A stretch of DNA of 64,000 bases from Podarcis cretensis (lineage: Eukaryota), in NCBI GenBank assembly GCA_951804945.1, contig OX638154.1:41106001-41170000 (forward strand), in the 5' to 3' direction. Position numbers and translations under genes: made by a program. Below are positions 1 to 11,786 of the stretch, piece after piece. Positions within the stretch are counted from its first letter, which is position 1; every line of letters begins with the position of its first letter. The notes beneath the pieces were generated by a model. The model was not told the origin of the DNA. It made no database searches and saw only the letters and a list, made by a program, of their open reading frames with translations.

Positions 1-12
1 AATAATCTTACA

Positions 13-49
13 AATACATACATACATACATACATACATACATACATAC
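13..49. repeat. (TACA)n microsatellite
   Basis: Direct tandem repeat. Confidence 0.95.
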
Positions 50-1048
50 AGCTCTACATTTCACTTGCCCACCTGACTATTTCACCCCACACCTATATTC
101 CTGGGGTAGAATTAAGCGTCACTAGAATACAATTTTCCATCTGTGGCCATTTCTGTTTACCTGGTAGAACAATCACCCCTCTCCTGTCCTGCATTTTCCC
201 AACCATCCAGAGTGAATGGGGGGGGGGGAGCACGAAGCAGCAGGGAGAGAAGAGAGAAGCTCTATTGTGCTAGTGGGTGATCTTGCATTGGCTTCTGCTA
301 GTGCACCAGATTACAGCAGTTTAATCTGGGCCCTGGGGACTTTTCCCCATATAATTCATCATGTGCTAGATGGAAATCAGAGCACAGGGTGAAGCTGTTA
401 CAACAATCATTTTGCCATGCATTCAGAATTTAGAGCAGGCCAAGGAACGAGAGCTAAGGCGCAGTATTGTAGCGTATGCAAGCTTTTAGTCGCTTATCTT
501 TTAACTGTCTCTTTGTCAACTTCCGGTTAGTAACTCATTATTTGTCTTGGCATATTGGTGTTGGTGAATGTTCCCGGAACAGTGTTGTACTGATGTTAGA
601 TAAAGCAGTAAGCGAGTGCCATCGTGTTCACACTGGCTAGCAGAGCAATTTTTAGGCTAGGCCCATTGTGTTTAAATGGCATATTTCCATACACAGGTGG
701 TAACCATTTCATGTAGGGATTCCGTTCCTGGCCCCCGCAGACATTAGCAGAACATACATAAGCATGTCCCACCCCCTTATGCCCCTCCCCCTTATGCCCA
801 TGTTACACCCTCTTCTGGGTCCAAAAGGACCTGCGCATTGGTGATCACACCTCAGCTGGTCACTCCTAAAATGCTCACCACCTGTAACTAATCTAGATTA
901 ACATCCAAATAGCTTTGGCAAACATTTCAAGATTAGAAAATCTGTAGTAATTGGTGAGCCCCATTGCCGTTATATAAGAGAACAAGGGAGGCGTTCATGA
1001 TGAGTTCTGGCACCTCTTTTTCTGGAAAAATAGCACTGGTGCTATGTA

Positions 1049-1391
1049 CAGTGGTGCCTCGCAAGACAAAAAGAATCCGTTCCGCGAGTCTCTTCGTCTA
1101 GCGGTTTTTTCGTCTTGCGAAGCAAGCCCATTAGCGGATTAGTGGATTAGCGCTATTAGCGGCTTAGCGGTTTTTAGCGGCTTAGCGGTTTAGCGGATAA
1201 GCAGATAAGCGGCTTAGCGGCTTAGAAAAAGGGGGGGAGGGGAAAAAAGTCGGAAAAACTCGCAAGACATTTTCGTCTTGCGAAGCAAGCCCATAGGGAA
1301 ATTCGTCTTGCGAAGCACCTCCAAAACGGAAAACCCTTTCGTCTAGCGGGTTTTTAGTCTTGCGAGGCATTCGTCTTGCGGAACACCACTG
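1049..1391. mobile_element. Tc1/mariner-pogo-type MITE with internal TTAGCGG repeats
   Basis: TIRs CAGTGGTGCCTCGCAAGAC / GTCTTGCGGAACACCACTG; TA on both sides. Confidence 0.85.
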
Positions 1392-1644
1392 TATTAAATC
1401 ACTTGGTCATCTTTCTCAAAAACTATGCAACGTGATTTACATTAGACAGCATCAGACAAAATTTGACAACCATCTGCTATCACAGCAACAAGCAAGGTAC
1501 TGCTTATAGTCAAAATGTGTTTGCAACAATTTTACCTGGAACTGCATCAGCCATTTGCAAACAAGAAATTGGTGCAAGTACTGAGAATTTAGAGGATTCT
1601 GTTGAAAACTAAAGTTGTTAATCTAATAAACATTTATTGATGTA

Positions 1645-1813
1645 CTGTATTTTTCCATGTATAAGACTAGGTTTTTTTAAAGCAAAAAATTAGGTTTAAA
1701 ATTGGGGCTCGTCTTATACATGGGTAGTGCTGAGGGGTGTTTTCTTAATTTGGAGTCCCCAAAAATAGGGGGCGTCTTATACATGGGGGCATCTTATACA
1801 TGGATAAATACAG
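1645..1813. mobile_element. pogo/Tc2-type MITE
   Basis: TIRs CTGTATTTTTCCATGTATAAGA / TCTTATACATGGATAAATACAG; TA flanks. Confidence 0.8.
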
Positions 1814-2241
1814 TAAATTCTTCCATAAGGCCTCTGGTTAGTTTAGGGTGGGGAAAACTGCCGCCACTATACATGTATGATGGGGAAGCATTTGATTTTA
1901 CTTCCCAATATCACATGCTATTGTGGTTTGGAATTTAAAATATGAGTTGGCCTGAGTGAGTCTATATGACGGTGTTAGTTATATAACACCATAAACAAAC
2001 AGCATCAGAGAAGACCACAGACTTCTCTCATCAAACTAGCTGGCTACCACTTCTGCCTTTTATGGGGAATATTTTTAACTGGGAGAGAATTTAGGCCAAA
2101 TAAAAATATGCTGATTATGGATGACAACTTTTTTCACATCCTTTTGATTGTAAGCCTGAGGGCAATGGCTATCTTACTACTGTGTTTGTTTGTTTTTGTA
2201 CACCATGGTGAGGTCTTTTTTGGCTAAAAAGCAGGTTATGA

Positions 2242-2328
2242 GTCTATGGCCATACTACCCTGAACACGCCCAAACTCGTCTGATCTCGGAAGCTAAGCAG
2301 GATCAGGCCTGGTTAGTACTTGGATGGG
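2242..2328 (+). pseudogene. 3'-truncated 5S rRNA retropseudogene (nt ~1-87)
   Basis: GTCTATGGCCATACTACCCTGAACACGCCCAAACTCGTCTGATCTCGGAAGCTAAGCAGGATCAGGCCTGGTTAGTACTTGGATGGG matches the 5' part of vertebrate 5S; flanked by the direct repeat AAAAGCAGGTTATG (2227-2240, 2330-2343). Confidence 0.92.
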
Positions 2329-2351
2329 GAAAAGCAGGTTATGGACAGGAA

Positions 2352-2543
2352 GCATAGAAACATAGGAAGCTACATTATTCTGAGCCCAGCCATTGGTCCG
2401 TCTAGCTCAGCAATGTCGGAACTGACTGGCAATAATTCTCCAGGGTTTCAGGCAGGGGTCTCTGGGCCTTACCTGAAGATGCCAGGAATTGACCTTCAGG
2501 GTGCAAAGCAGATGTGGTGCCACTGAGCTATGGCTTTTCCCCA
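2352..2543 (-). mobile_element. tRNA-headed squamate SINE (Squam2-like)
   Basis: Minus strand GGGGAAAAGCCATAGCTCAGTGG...CTGCTTTGCA...CCTGCCTGAAACCCTGGAGA...CTTCCTATGTT; same family as 43281-43460; family name tentative. Confidence 0.75.
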
Positions 2544-2743
2544 TGGTTTCAATCAATTATTCTAAAGCGTCATCAGTGAGAATTTTTTCCTGCTCAGTGC
2601 GAAGCAGTGGTCTCTGTATGCTACCTTGAGTGCTGGAAAGACAGCTTGTAATGTTTAAAACGATAGTTGTGGTGCGAATGAAGAACTCATTGCGCATTAT
2701 CAAATAAGTAGGTTTGTTAAGAACTGGAAATCCAGTGATGGGA

Positions 2744-2985
2744 TTATTATTATTTATTAAATTTGTATGCCGCCCTTCATCTGAAGATCACAGGGGCAGT
2801 TTACAACATAAAAATACAAAATGAAAATACAAAATACTTGACAAAACAAAAGCCAAGCAAACCAATAACCTCCCCTCCCACAGACACATTTTAAAGCCCA
2901 TAGAATGTTAATCAGCCCAATGCCTGGTTGAAAAGTTTTCACCTGTCACCTAAAGATGTGCAATGAAGGTGCCAGGAATGTAGGA
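2744..2985 (-). mobile_element. L2-type LINE 3' end fragment
   Basis: Shares ...GCCCTTCATCTGAAGATCACAGGG... with the L2 fragment at 49645-50160. Confidence 0.65.
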
Positions 2986-3431
2986 AGGAAGGCGAGAGGG
3001 TAGAGAAAAGAGGTGTTGGGTTGCACTAATACTCTAGTAGAGGAGTAGCCTCCATTTACTTTATTTTGGGATACGGTTGTATGGATCCAAATGGCGTTGT
3101 TGAAAAACCAGAAGTGTTGATGTCTGCTAAACATGTGCTTGCTGGTTTGGGTATATTTTCATTACTAAATAGAACACAGGGAATGGGAGTAAACCTGGCA
3201 CCCGTTCTCTCCTTCCTACTCTGAGAACTTTATTCCCAGTAGACTCACTTTTGCCACTGGAGATAGACTGGGAGTGGGGAATTAAAGTGTGCAGCGCAGC
3301 GAAGCAAGCAGTAGGGGGGAGTATTTTACTCCTGTCTCCCATCCATTTAGGCTGTGATCCTAACCCCCACTTACACGAGAGTAAGGTCCATTGAATTAAT
3401 GTCTGCTTCTGAGTATGCATGGTTAGGATTA

Positions 3432-3787
3432 AAGGTAAGAGTAAAGGGACCCCTGACCATTAGGTCCAGTCGTGACTGACTCTGGGGTTGCGGTGCTCAT
3501 CTCGCTTTATTGGCCAAGGGAGCCAGCATACAGCTTCCGGGTCATGTGGCCAGCATGACTAAGCAGCTTCTGGCGAACCAGAGCAGCACACGGAAACGCT
3601 GTTTACCTTCCCGCTAGAGTGGTACCTATTTATCTACTTGCACTTTGATGTGCTTTCAAAGTGCTAGGTTGGCAGGAGCAGGGACCGAGCAACGGGAGCT
3701 CACCCCGTCGCGGGGATTTGAACCGCAGACCTTCTGATCAGCAAGTCCTAGGCTCTGTGGTTTAACCCACAGCACCACCTGCGTCCC
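3432..3787 (-). mobile_element. Sauria SINE (full length)
   Basis: GGGACGCAGGTGGTGCTGTGGGTTAAACC head, (ACCTTT)-type tail; TSD ATG(G/A)TTAGGATTA at 3419-3431 and 3788-3800. Confidence 0.92.
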
Positions 3788-4031
3788 ATGATTAGGATTA
3801 CGTTGTGATTTAAAAAAATATATAGACCCACATAGACCCGTCTATTTTTATAGCCAAACAGTGAGTGTGTGTTTAGCAAACATACTTATGTGTCATTTGG
3901 TCCTATGCATTTTAGTTCCAGAGTGATTTAATATTTGTTGTGCTGTACTATCTAAACTTTGCTGTACTATCTGAACTTTACTTATTATCACTTTGTTAAA
4001 AAAATGTCTAAACTAACCACCAATCCAAGTA

Positions 4032-4262
4032 CAGTGGTACCTCAGGTTAAGAACTTAATTCGTTCTGGAGGTCTGTTCTTAACCTGAAACTGTTCTTAAC
4101 CTGAAGCACCAGTTTAGCTAATGGGGCCTCCCACTGCCGTCGCGTGATTTCTGTTCTCATCCTGAAGCAAAGTTCTTAACCCGAGGTACTATTTCTGGGT
4201 TAGCGGAGTCTGTAACCTGAAGCGTCTGTAACCTGAAGCATCTGTAACCCGAGGTACCACTG
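4032..4262. mobile_element. TA-flanked MITE, CAGTGGTACCTC family
   Basis: TIR CAGTGGTACCTC(A/G)GGTTA; TA TSD. Confidence 0.9.
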
Positions 4263-7200
4263 TAATCTGATAATACAATAAACCATAAGACATCATAAAA
4301 TAGTAAAGACTAAAAGGCAGCAGCTAAAAACCCTTTAAAATGGCTGGGCAAACATGTCTTAAACTGGCACTGAAAACATTGGAATGCCAATTCATCTCCT
4401 CTAGGGTGGGAATTTCAAAACCAGGGTGCTACCACAGAAAAGGCACCTTTCTGCAAGTATAACTCACTTCAGCAAGTGGCGGCATTCAGAGAAAGACCTC
4501 AGTCGGCAATCCTAATAATCATAACACTACGTTAAGTTGTCTCTAAAGTATCTTTCTTTCTAGGGAGGAAAATGGTGATGATGTAAAACAAACAAACCCT
4601 GAACATAGTTATTTATAGACATATGTACCATCTGATAAAACTCATTATCAGTGTTCTAATAAATATTCCTTCCTCCCCACCTACAGAAGGTGGTTGTGTC
4701 CGTAATCGTTGTCATTAGGTGAAAAAATAAAGCATCATCTTTGCTCAATTTGTTCCAAACACAGTCATAAAATGATATATTTATCTCACAGCTAGCCGTG
4801 ACTTCCAGTTATACTTATGATGCAGCAAAATGGCATCACGCCTTCAATTTATCTTGGAACATGTTGTTTTGAAATTACCTCCGGTTTTCAGTAGAAATTC
4901 TAAAGCAGCACCTTCTTATAAAGTGAATTAAAGGTCAACATGAACCCAATAACTTAACAAAGGTAATTAACACACTGTAACATCTATCAAGTATTTGTAA
5001 ACACTGTTTATAAACACAGTTTTATACCGTTTCCTGTTCTGAGGTCAGTTCTGTGCAAATTGCATGCGAACAGGGGCTTGGATACAAAAAGCCCCACGTG
5101 CCAGCGGGCTGCAAATCCATCCAGTGAGGTTGCTTATTTTCCATCCCAGCCTGCATACACTTTTGCAGCCCTTTTCATACTGAGGCAGTGTTAAAGCTGG
5201 TGTCGATGTTTTGCCATACTTTAATAAGATCCCTGCTTGCAATTCAAAATTCTTAATTCTGACAAGCAACCAATTAGATAGCTTACCTTAAACCTGGGGT
5301 GCAGAACCTTTTTAGCCGGGTGGGCTAACTCTTTACCTACCCCCTCCAGACAGGCAGAGTTTGACAGGTGGCTAGGGCCACCCACCTCTCCCTCATCTGA
5401 TGTCATGATGATATTAGGTGATTGATAGGCGGGTGGTTTCAACCGCTTGCCAAAGTTGGCCTGTGGTTTGGGGGAAAGGGTCTGCTTCATCTACACATTC
5501 CCCACAGAATGCAGGATGGCTAGGACCATTTGCTTGAGAACTTTGAATCTCATTCAGCTGGACTCTGAACCTCCTGAGCAAGTTCACGTCTACATTCAAA
5601 TTCTCACCACCTCCCACTCATTGACAAAACAGTTCCTTTGAACTGTGATGCCTTCACAGAAATGAGTGCCATTTCATATTTGTTTTACTCTCAGCTAGGA
5701 GCAAAGTGTGAGAAAAAGAGTGTGTTGCTACTTCCATCAACAGAGTTGCAACCCCAAGGATGCCACCATTCTAACTCATGAGACCAAATTCAACTAGATA
5801 GTTGCACTAGTGGGATCTAGCACCATGACTTCTTGTAACACAATGGGGTTTCCTCCTCTCCTCCCCCTGGGACCCTTGCTATGGCAAGAATGTGCCCATA
5901 GAAACATTTGACTATTTTCTTATTTGGTACCTGTTTTCTTACAAGCCGCTTTCAACATGAAAGCTATTATGCGGGGAGCGGGTACAGCCATTGATTGAAA
6001 CTTAGTCAATGAGGCCAAGAATCATGACTCTTTTTATGCCAACTTGGCACTCTTCAATAGAATTCACTTAAAAACAGATTTCTACAAGATTACCCACAAC
6101 TCATGCGTGGTATCGCTAGCAAAATAAATGACTGTAACTCAAATTCTTGGATGAACTGCATGCAGCCTTCTTTGCATGAGTTGAAATGCAGTAAGGCCAT
6201 AACAGTTATGGCTACTCTGGTGGAAATGAGCAAAAGTGTGAATTTTTGTTTTGTTTGCTTCATTCTTAGGCTCTTGTTATAATCTGTTGTGTTGATAAAA
6301 TACCTCTGTAATAATATATATACTGAGAAAAGGCAATGAATATGTTGAAAAAAATAAGTGGAGTTTACCAGCTCAAAAAGAATGTATAAATTGGCCTCTA
6401 AGGGAATGAAGGTCCAAGCAACAAAAAATAGGCTGCTATATGGTGCATCAAGTGCCATTAAATAAATTTATATTGATGCAATATACTTCAGCATCTCAAA
6501 TATATATATATATATTAACAAAGCAACAGAGCTGCTGGAAGGTACAAATCTGCCTATACAATTAACTATAATGCTGAGTTTTCAACAGCAAGAAAGAGGT
6601 TTCTCTGGTTTCCTTCTGTGTCACGTTGAGGTAGTTGAGCTGTTTCATTCCTCTGCTCAACTCATGGCTTCCAACTCTACAATTCGCCCTCAATGACAAA
6701 TGCTGATTTCAGTGCTGTTTGCTCAGAAAAAGATACTGGCAAGCCAGTCTTTTCCAATGGCAGCCATACATGAGCTTTCACAACATTTTGTGTGTATACC
6801 GATAAGTGTTGCAAAGGCCAAATTACAATGCGTGTGCTGGAGAAAGCCTAAATTTGTCTGGTACCTTTGCCCTTCTATTTGTGTGCTCGCATGTTAAAAT
6901 CTCTTGGCCAGATTTTAAACGCTGCATGTGACATCGGCATTACTGAAGCAGTGTCACAAAATCTAGAAAGCACTCTCTTTGAAACCCAGAATGCTAACTT
7001 AAAGCCAGTTTAAGGGCAATGGATGCACCAGAGCTAGACAACTGGCTCTGTCTAGTAGAGGCTTCCTGTCAATATAGAGCAGATCCACACCATACATTTA
7101 AAATACAGAACTTCCCCCAAAGAATCCTGGGAACTGTAGTTTCCTCTCACAAAGCTACAAATCCCAGCACCCTTAACAAAATAGTTTCTATAAATCTTTT

Positions 7201-7334
7201 TTTTGGGAGGTGGGAGTGTCCCACTTCTGACACCAGTGTAACACACCACTCCAATCTCTGGTGTGAGATTCCAGAAGTTCCAGGTGCTTACCCTAGTGTT
7301 ACCCAGGCGTTTCCTTTTGGAAATGAGGAACAGC

Positions 7335-9688
7335 AGAGACTCTACAATATACAGTTTATTTACACATATATACAGCCTGAGCCTACAATGGAGGGGCAGA
7401 CTGAAGTTAGTAGCACTTTGTTCCATCACTAGGGTCTGCCTGGGAATTAAGATCAAGGTCAGAGGCCTTGCTCTCTCAATGCCATCTCAGGAGATTCTTA
7501 TGGGCAGCATCATATACTCTCCCCAACTGAATATTGCAGTAGATATCTGAAATAGATATTATTGAAGTGTCATATATACGATGCTCAATTCTTTTCATGT
7601 GGCTCTTCCATGCCAATATTCTCCAAGTAGCCACTGCTGGTATATGTCTGAAACTCCCTGCTTGCATGCTGTCTTTAGTATAATCCACAACTCATTATAT
7701 GTGAAAAGCTGATCTGTATTAAAATCATAACTGGTAGAAAACTCTTTGATCACACTTCTGTGCTACAGATATAGCCAGCCCTTTCTGAACCAAAGCCTGT
7801 TCTGGCTTCCCCCACCCCCCACCATGGATCACACAAACACAAACTCTGATGTATTGGGTGTCTTTAATCCAAAATGGGGGAAAAGCAGAGCAAATAATTT
7901 TTTTTTCCAGCAATGAGACACCACCAACAACAAAAATTAAAACATATTTTTTTTACAAATTAAAATTTCATACAGTGTCTAAAATGCCACCTAAAAGCTA
8001 AACCTTTCTTTAAAAAAAAAGGGAAAGTGTGTGTTTTTAAAACACTAGTATGCCAGTGAAACAAACGTGGCAAAAGATATTCATTCATGGACTAAAGATA
8101 TACAGAAAGAGGCAGAAAAAGGGATTGACCACCAGCATAATGAGGCAAAAGTTTATGTGAAGGAATACTTTCCTGCTTTTCTTCCCTAAGGTACAGGTAG
8201 AGTAAGACTCAAGAGAGCTTGACTTTAGACAAATGTGCCCAAGTCTGCAGCACATGTCAATTCCCTCCTTCAAACTTCAGCTGAGACTTTTTGGTTTTCT
8301 AGGCAGAATTCCCATCATCATATTTCCATATTAACATTTGTGCCATCTGGCTATTCAACACCCAAAGATGCTAAGGAATCCATCTAAAAAAGACTCATTT
8401 TTATGGTACTGTTTCTGTTTTTTCTTCACATATCAGAGTGTGCATGTGGCAGGTTCTGTCCCACATGAGCTCCAAGTTATATTCCAATGAGATGCAAATC
8501 TCAGATTTGAGCCTTTTGCTATGTGCTCCAAATAGTTGCAGTTTCCTGGTAAAGTAAAAGATCAGGATGGTTGTGAACAGCAACACAGAACAACGATGCA
8601 AGAGCCACAACAAAACAGCTGGAGTGGAGGATATGAGCCTGCAACCTTGCAGCATGAGATCTTTAGAACTGCATCAAGGTCTTAAGTTTTAACACTGCAC
8701 AAGATGGTGGTGGAAACTGGGCAACAGGACATATTCTGATGTAGTGCTCCAGGAAGGCTGCATCAGTTATTGAAACAGATCAATCATGAACGTCTCCACT
8801 CAACAAACACCTACTTTCCATCCCTCCCACCCACCCAAATAACCCTGAGATCATAACTGAATTCTGGGTGCTTCGTAGACCCTCCCCACACACTACCCCT
8901 CAAAACTTCAAGGTAGAATACAGAAGGGGGTGGGCCTTCCTGCCTATACTTACAATATCCATCCTATCACATTATTACATACAATCCACAAACACACAAG
9001 TGAGAGGAAGTCAATCCTGTGATTGCACAGTTAGAGGCAGAAGGCTTTCAGTTTAAGGAGCCCTATTGTACTTGGGACAATAACTTCCCAAACTGAATTT
9101 AAGGTCCATCAGCCAAGGAAAAGTTCTTGATGTTAAATGAAGACCACAGTATCGTCAGTGCCTTTGTTTTCTGGTGGAATTCTTCAACAGCCCTGGCCTT
9201 TTGTTGTTGTTGTCGACACAAACTGAAAGCCTTTAACTCTAAAACAACAACCGCTGTACTCAGCACAGGACTCCTATCTTGATTTCAGCTCTACAGTAGT
9301 TTTAAAAATATAGATTATATATATTTTATTTATATTATTAACCTTTAAATGGTGATCACAGGAATTTCAGTGTCTCTGAAGGAGAAAAAAAACCAAGGGG
9401 GGATGTTACTAAACAAACAAACAAAATCTGATTACCAGAAATATTTCCCTACAGGACCAGGGGCTGGGAAATAACATAAAAGTATGTTTTGTACATAGAG
9501 CAGCTGTCTCCTGCTGGACCTCAGAAAGGTCAGAACCATGAGAGGCAGCTAAAAAAAAACAACTAGTCTGGTATAAAGATCTGAATTCCATGTGTTTGAT
9601 ATGACAGTCTTTATCTCCAATTTGTTTTTAAAAATATATAGATATAGTTATTGCTTTCACAACCACCAGGTTTGGCTCTACTGAATCC
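7335..9688 (-). other. MAPKAPK2: Probable MAPKAPK2 3' UTR
   Basis: Repeat-poor, AU-rich sequence after the stop. Minus-strand AATAAA at 9325-9330 and 7355-7360. The distal end is inferred. Confidence 0.6.
7355..7360 (-). terminator. Candidate distal polyadenylation signal of MAPKAPK2
   Basis: Minus strand reads tgtatatatgtgtaAATAAActgtatattgta, with upstream UGUA elements. Confidence 0.55.
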
Positions 9689-9832
9689 TCAGTGGGGGAG
9701 TGCTGTAGGTTCAGCGGGGTTTGCTTTCTTCCGCCTCTTCATAAGCAATGGGTTGGAGGAATCTTCGATTTTCTTAATCTTGATTTGTTCATAATCCACT
9801 CTCATGGTGGCCAAGGCACTTGTCATCTCCTC
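9689..9832 (-). CDS. MAPKAPK2: MAPKAPK2 last coding exon (144 nt including TGA)
   Basis: EEMTSALATMRVDYEQIKIKKIEDSSNPLLMKRRKKANPAEPTALPH*; NES and bipartite NLS/p38-docking region; tttgtag acceptor. Confidence 0.97.
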   Translation of the reverse strand, partial: EEMTSALATMRVDYEQIKIKKIEDSSNPLLMKRRKKANPAEPTALPH

Positions 9833-10022
9833 CTACAAATGTGAGGTAGAGGAAACAAATTAACATCTGGCTAGCCAAATTATTCTAGCTTCAGGCATTA
9901 CTGTCATCCAGAGGAAAGATCCTATTTGTAACTTAACAATGGGCACAAAAGCCAGCTTCCAAGTTCAGACTGTGGTAGAGTGAGGAGGGCCTTTAAGTCT
10001 GCATATCTGGCATTACCTACTA

Positions 10023-10224
10023 CAGTGGAACTTCGGTTTTCAAATGTAATCCATTGCGGAAGACCGTTCAACTTCCAAAATGTTTGAAAACCAAGGATCA
10101 ATGGGCAGTTGGCAAAATCCATTGGGGAAAAAAGCAAAAACACGCTGCGGAAGCTTCCGGGTTTTTGGCATTCGGGTTCTGAATCGTTTGGCTTCCGAGA
10201 TGCTCGAAAACTGAGGTTCCACTG
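10023..10224. mobile_element. TA-flanked MITE in MK2 intron 9
   Basis: TIRs CAGTGGAACTTCGGTTTTC / GAAAACTGAGGTTCCACTG; TA flanks. Confidence 0.85.
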
Positions 10225-10345
10225 TACAGGCTAGGAGTGGCTTGCAGCACTGATGGACAGGATCACAATCACTTACACCTGGAGTTGTGTAACCTTCATC
10301 CATGCTGCTTAGCAGTGTGTGAGATGAAACTTGCAGACAACTTAC

Positions 10346-10426
10346 CTTAACGTCCTCCCAAAGATCTTTCTCTTCTTTCAGAACTCTGCTAGTGTGCAGC
10401 GGGGTTTGTGGCACTTGCATTGATTG
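10346..10426 (-). CDS. MAPKAPK2: MAPKAPK2 coding exon 9 (81 nt)
   Basis: QSMQVPQTPLHTSRVLKEEKDLWEDVK, with the regulatory PQTP phosphosite; ctgcag acceptor, gtaagt donor. Confidence 0.97.
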
Positions 10427-10844
10427 CTGCAGAGGGAAGACAAATGGAGCTTTAGTCTAGTGGTTGGGGAGCCTCCGGCCTGGGAAACTCTCTTTCCAGT
10501 CCTTGGGACTTGCCAAGACTTCTTCTGTCCTTTTTTGACTGGCTGGGTGGTGATCATGCCCCTTGCCTGATCGGATGTAGTGGTGTGTGTACTGTAGAAG
10601 CCTCTGACTTCTGCATGGCTGGACTTCTGCATGGCTGGCCTACACCCAGTGCTCTGCCCACTTTCCCCTCTGGCCCCATCCACTTTTGCCTCTCTTCTCT
10701 CTCCCCTGCCCCCTTACTGGCATGCAGCTGCAGGAGTTTTCTCACAATGGAACTGGCGATTGAGCTGAAAAATGTTTCCCCTCTATCTATAAAGCTACCT
10801 CAGACTCCCTGCACTCATGTTTCTCAGCCTAGGCTTCTGCGTCA

Positions 10845-11027
<183 letters not shown>

Positions 11028-11538
11028 TCAAAAGCTCTCTTCAGATGTTGCAGAAATCCTGAAGCTTGCACGGCAAAAGGAGAGACAATGTACACAAAGG
11101 GATGGGTCTATTTTAAGGAGAACATGCTTTGACTCATATAAAAACCTGAAGGGACTTCTCCTGAGCAAATACGTTGCTTGTGGAGATAACACATGAAAAG
11201 TACTCTGAGGACTCTTAATACTAATTAATTTTAGTACATATGAGTAATGTACTTGAAAGAATTGTCATGTGTGACATTGTGGGGCCTGGCCTTTTTGGGG
11301 GGGGTGCAGTGTTTATTTTTATTCATTTTCCCACTCTCCATGTTGCAACCTTTTTATATCATGCATGCACAAGATAACAAAGGGAGTGGGGAGAGTCAAT
11401 CTGGCCATGGGCTGTTAGGGTGTGGAGGTCCAGGGGGAACCCTCACCTTGCCAAAGCCTCCAAACACAGGAGCAGAATCCCGTAGGGGAAGGAAGGAAAA
11501 GGAAGAAGAGAAAGGCAGGGCAAAGGAAAAGCAGAAGC

Positions 11539-11786
11539 TGTTATGTACTGAAGTTCTCACCCTGGGCCAGCAGGGGGATACTGTAGATAGTTATGCAAAT
11601 AAGGGATTGAAAGTGACGTTCAGTGATTGGATAGTTTTAGAAAATTGTTACAGTTACGTTGTACTGGAGGCTCTATATAAGCAGGCTGACTGAACCCTTC
11701 AGTTCAGTTCTGTTCTGGCCTCTGAATAAACAAGAGCTGTTTGAAGAATCGCTGTGTTGTCTGATATGTTCACCCACAACTTAACA
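11539..11786 (+). mobile_element. Solo LTR (248 bp) in MK2 intron 7
   Basis: TGTTA...TAACA ends; 5-bp TSD GAAGC; internal TATATAA and AATAAA; homologous to 25721-25985. Confidence 0.88.

Noticed and set aside
2242-2328. Functional 5S rRNA gene
   Set aside because: Lacks the last ~33 nt and the terminator, has several substitutions, and is flanked by a TSD
5695-5781. cag|LGAKCEKK... as a possible IL10 last exon
   Set aside because: Lacks the KAMxEFDIFINYIE signature
10040-10345. Intron-9 read-through ORF as an alternative MK2 C-terminus
   Set aside because: Strong gtaagt donor at exon 9; the ORF runs into a MITE and does not resemble the human short-isoform tail
10606-10637. 16-bp tandem duplication GACTTCTGCATGGCTG in intron 8
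   Set aside because: Mid-intron slippage duplication with no evident function
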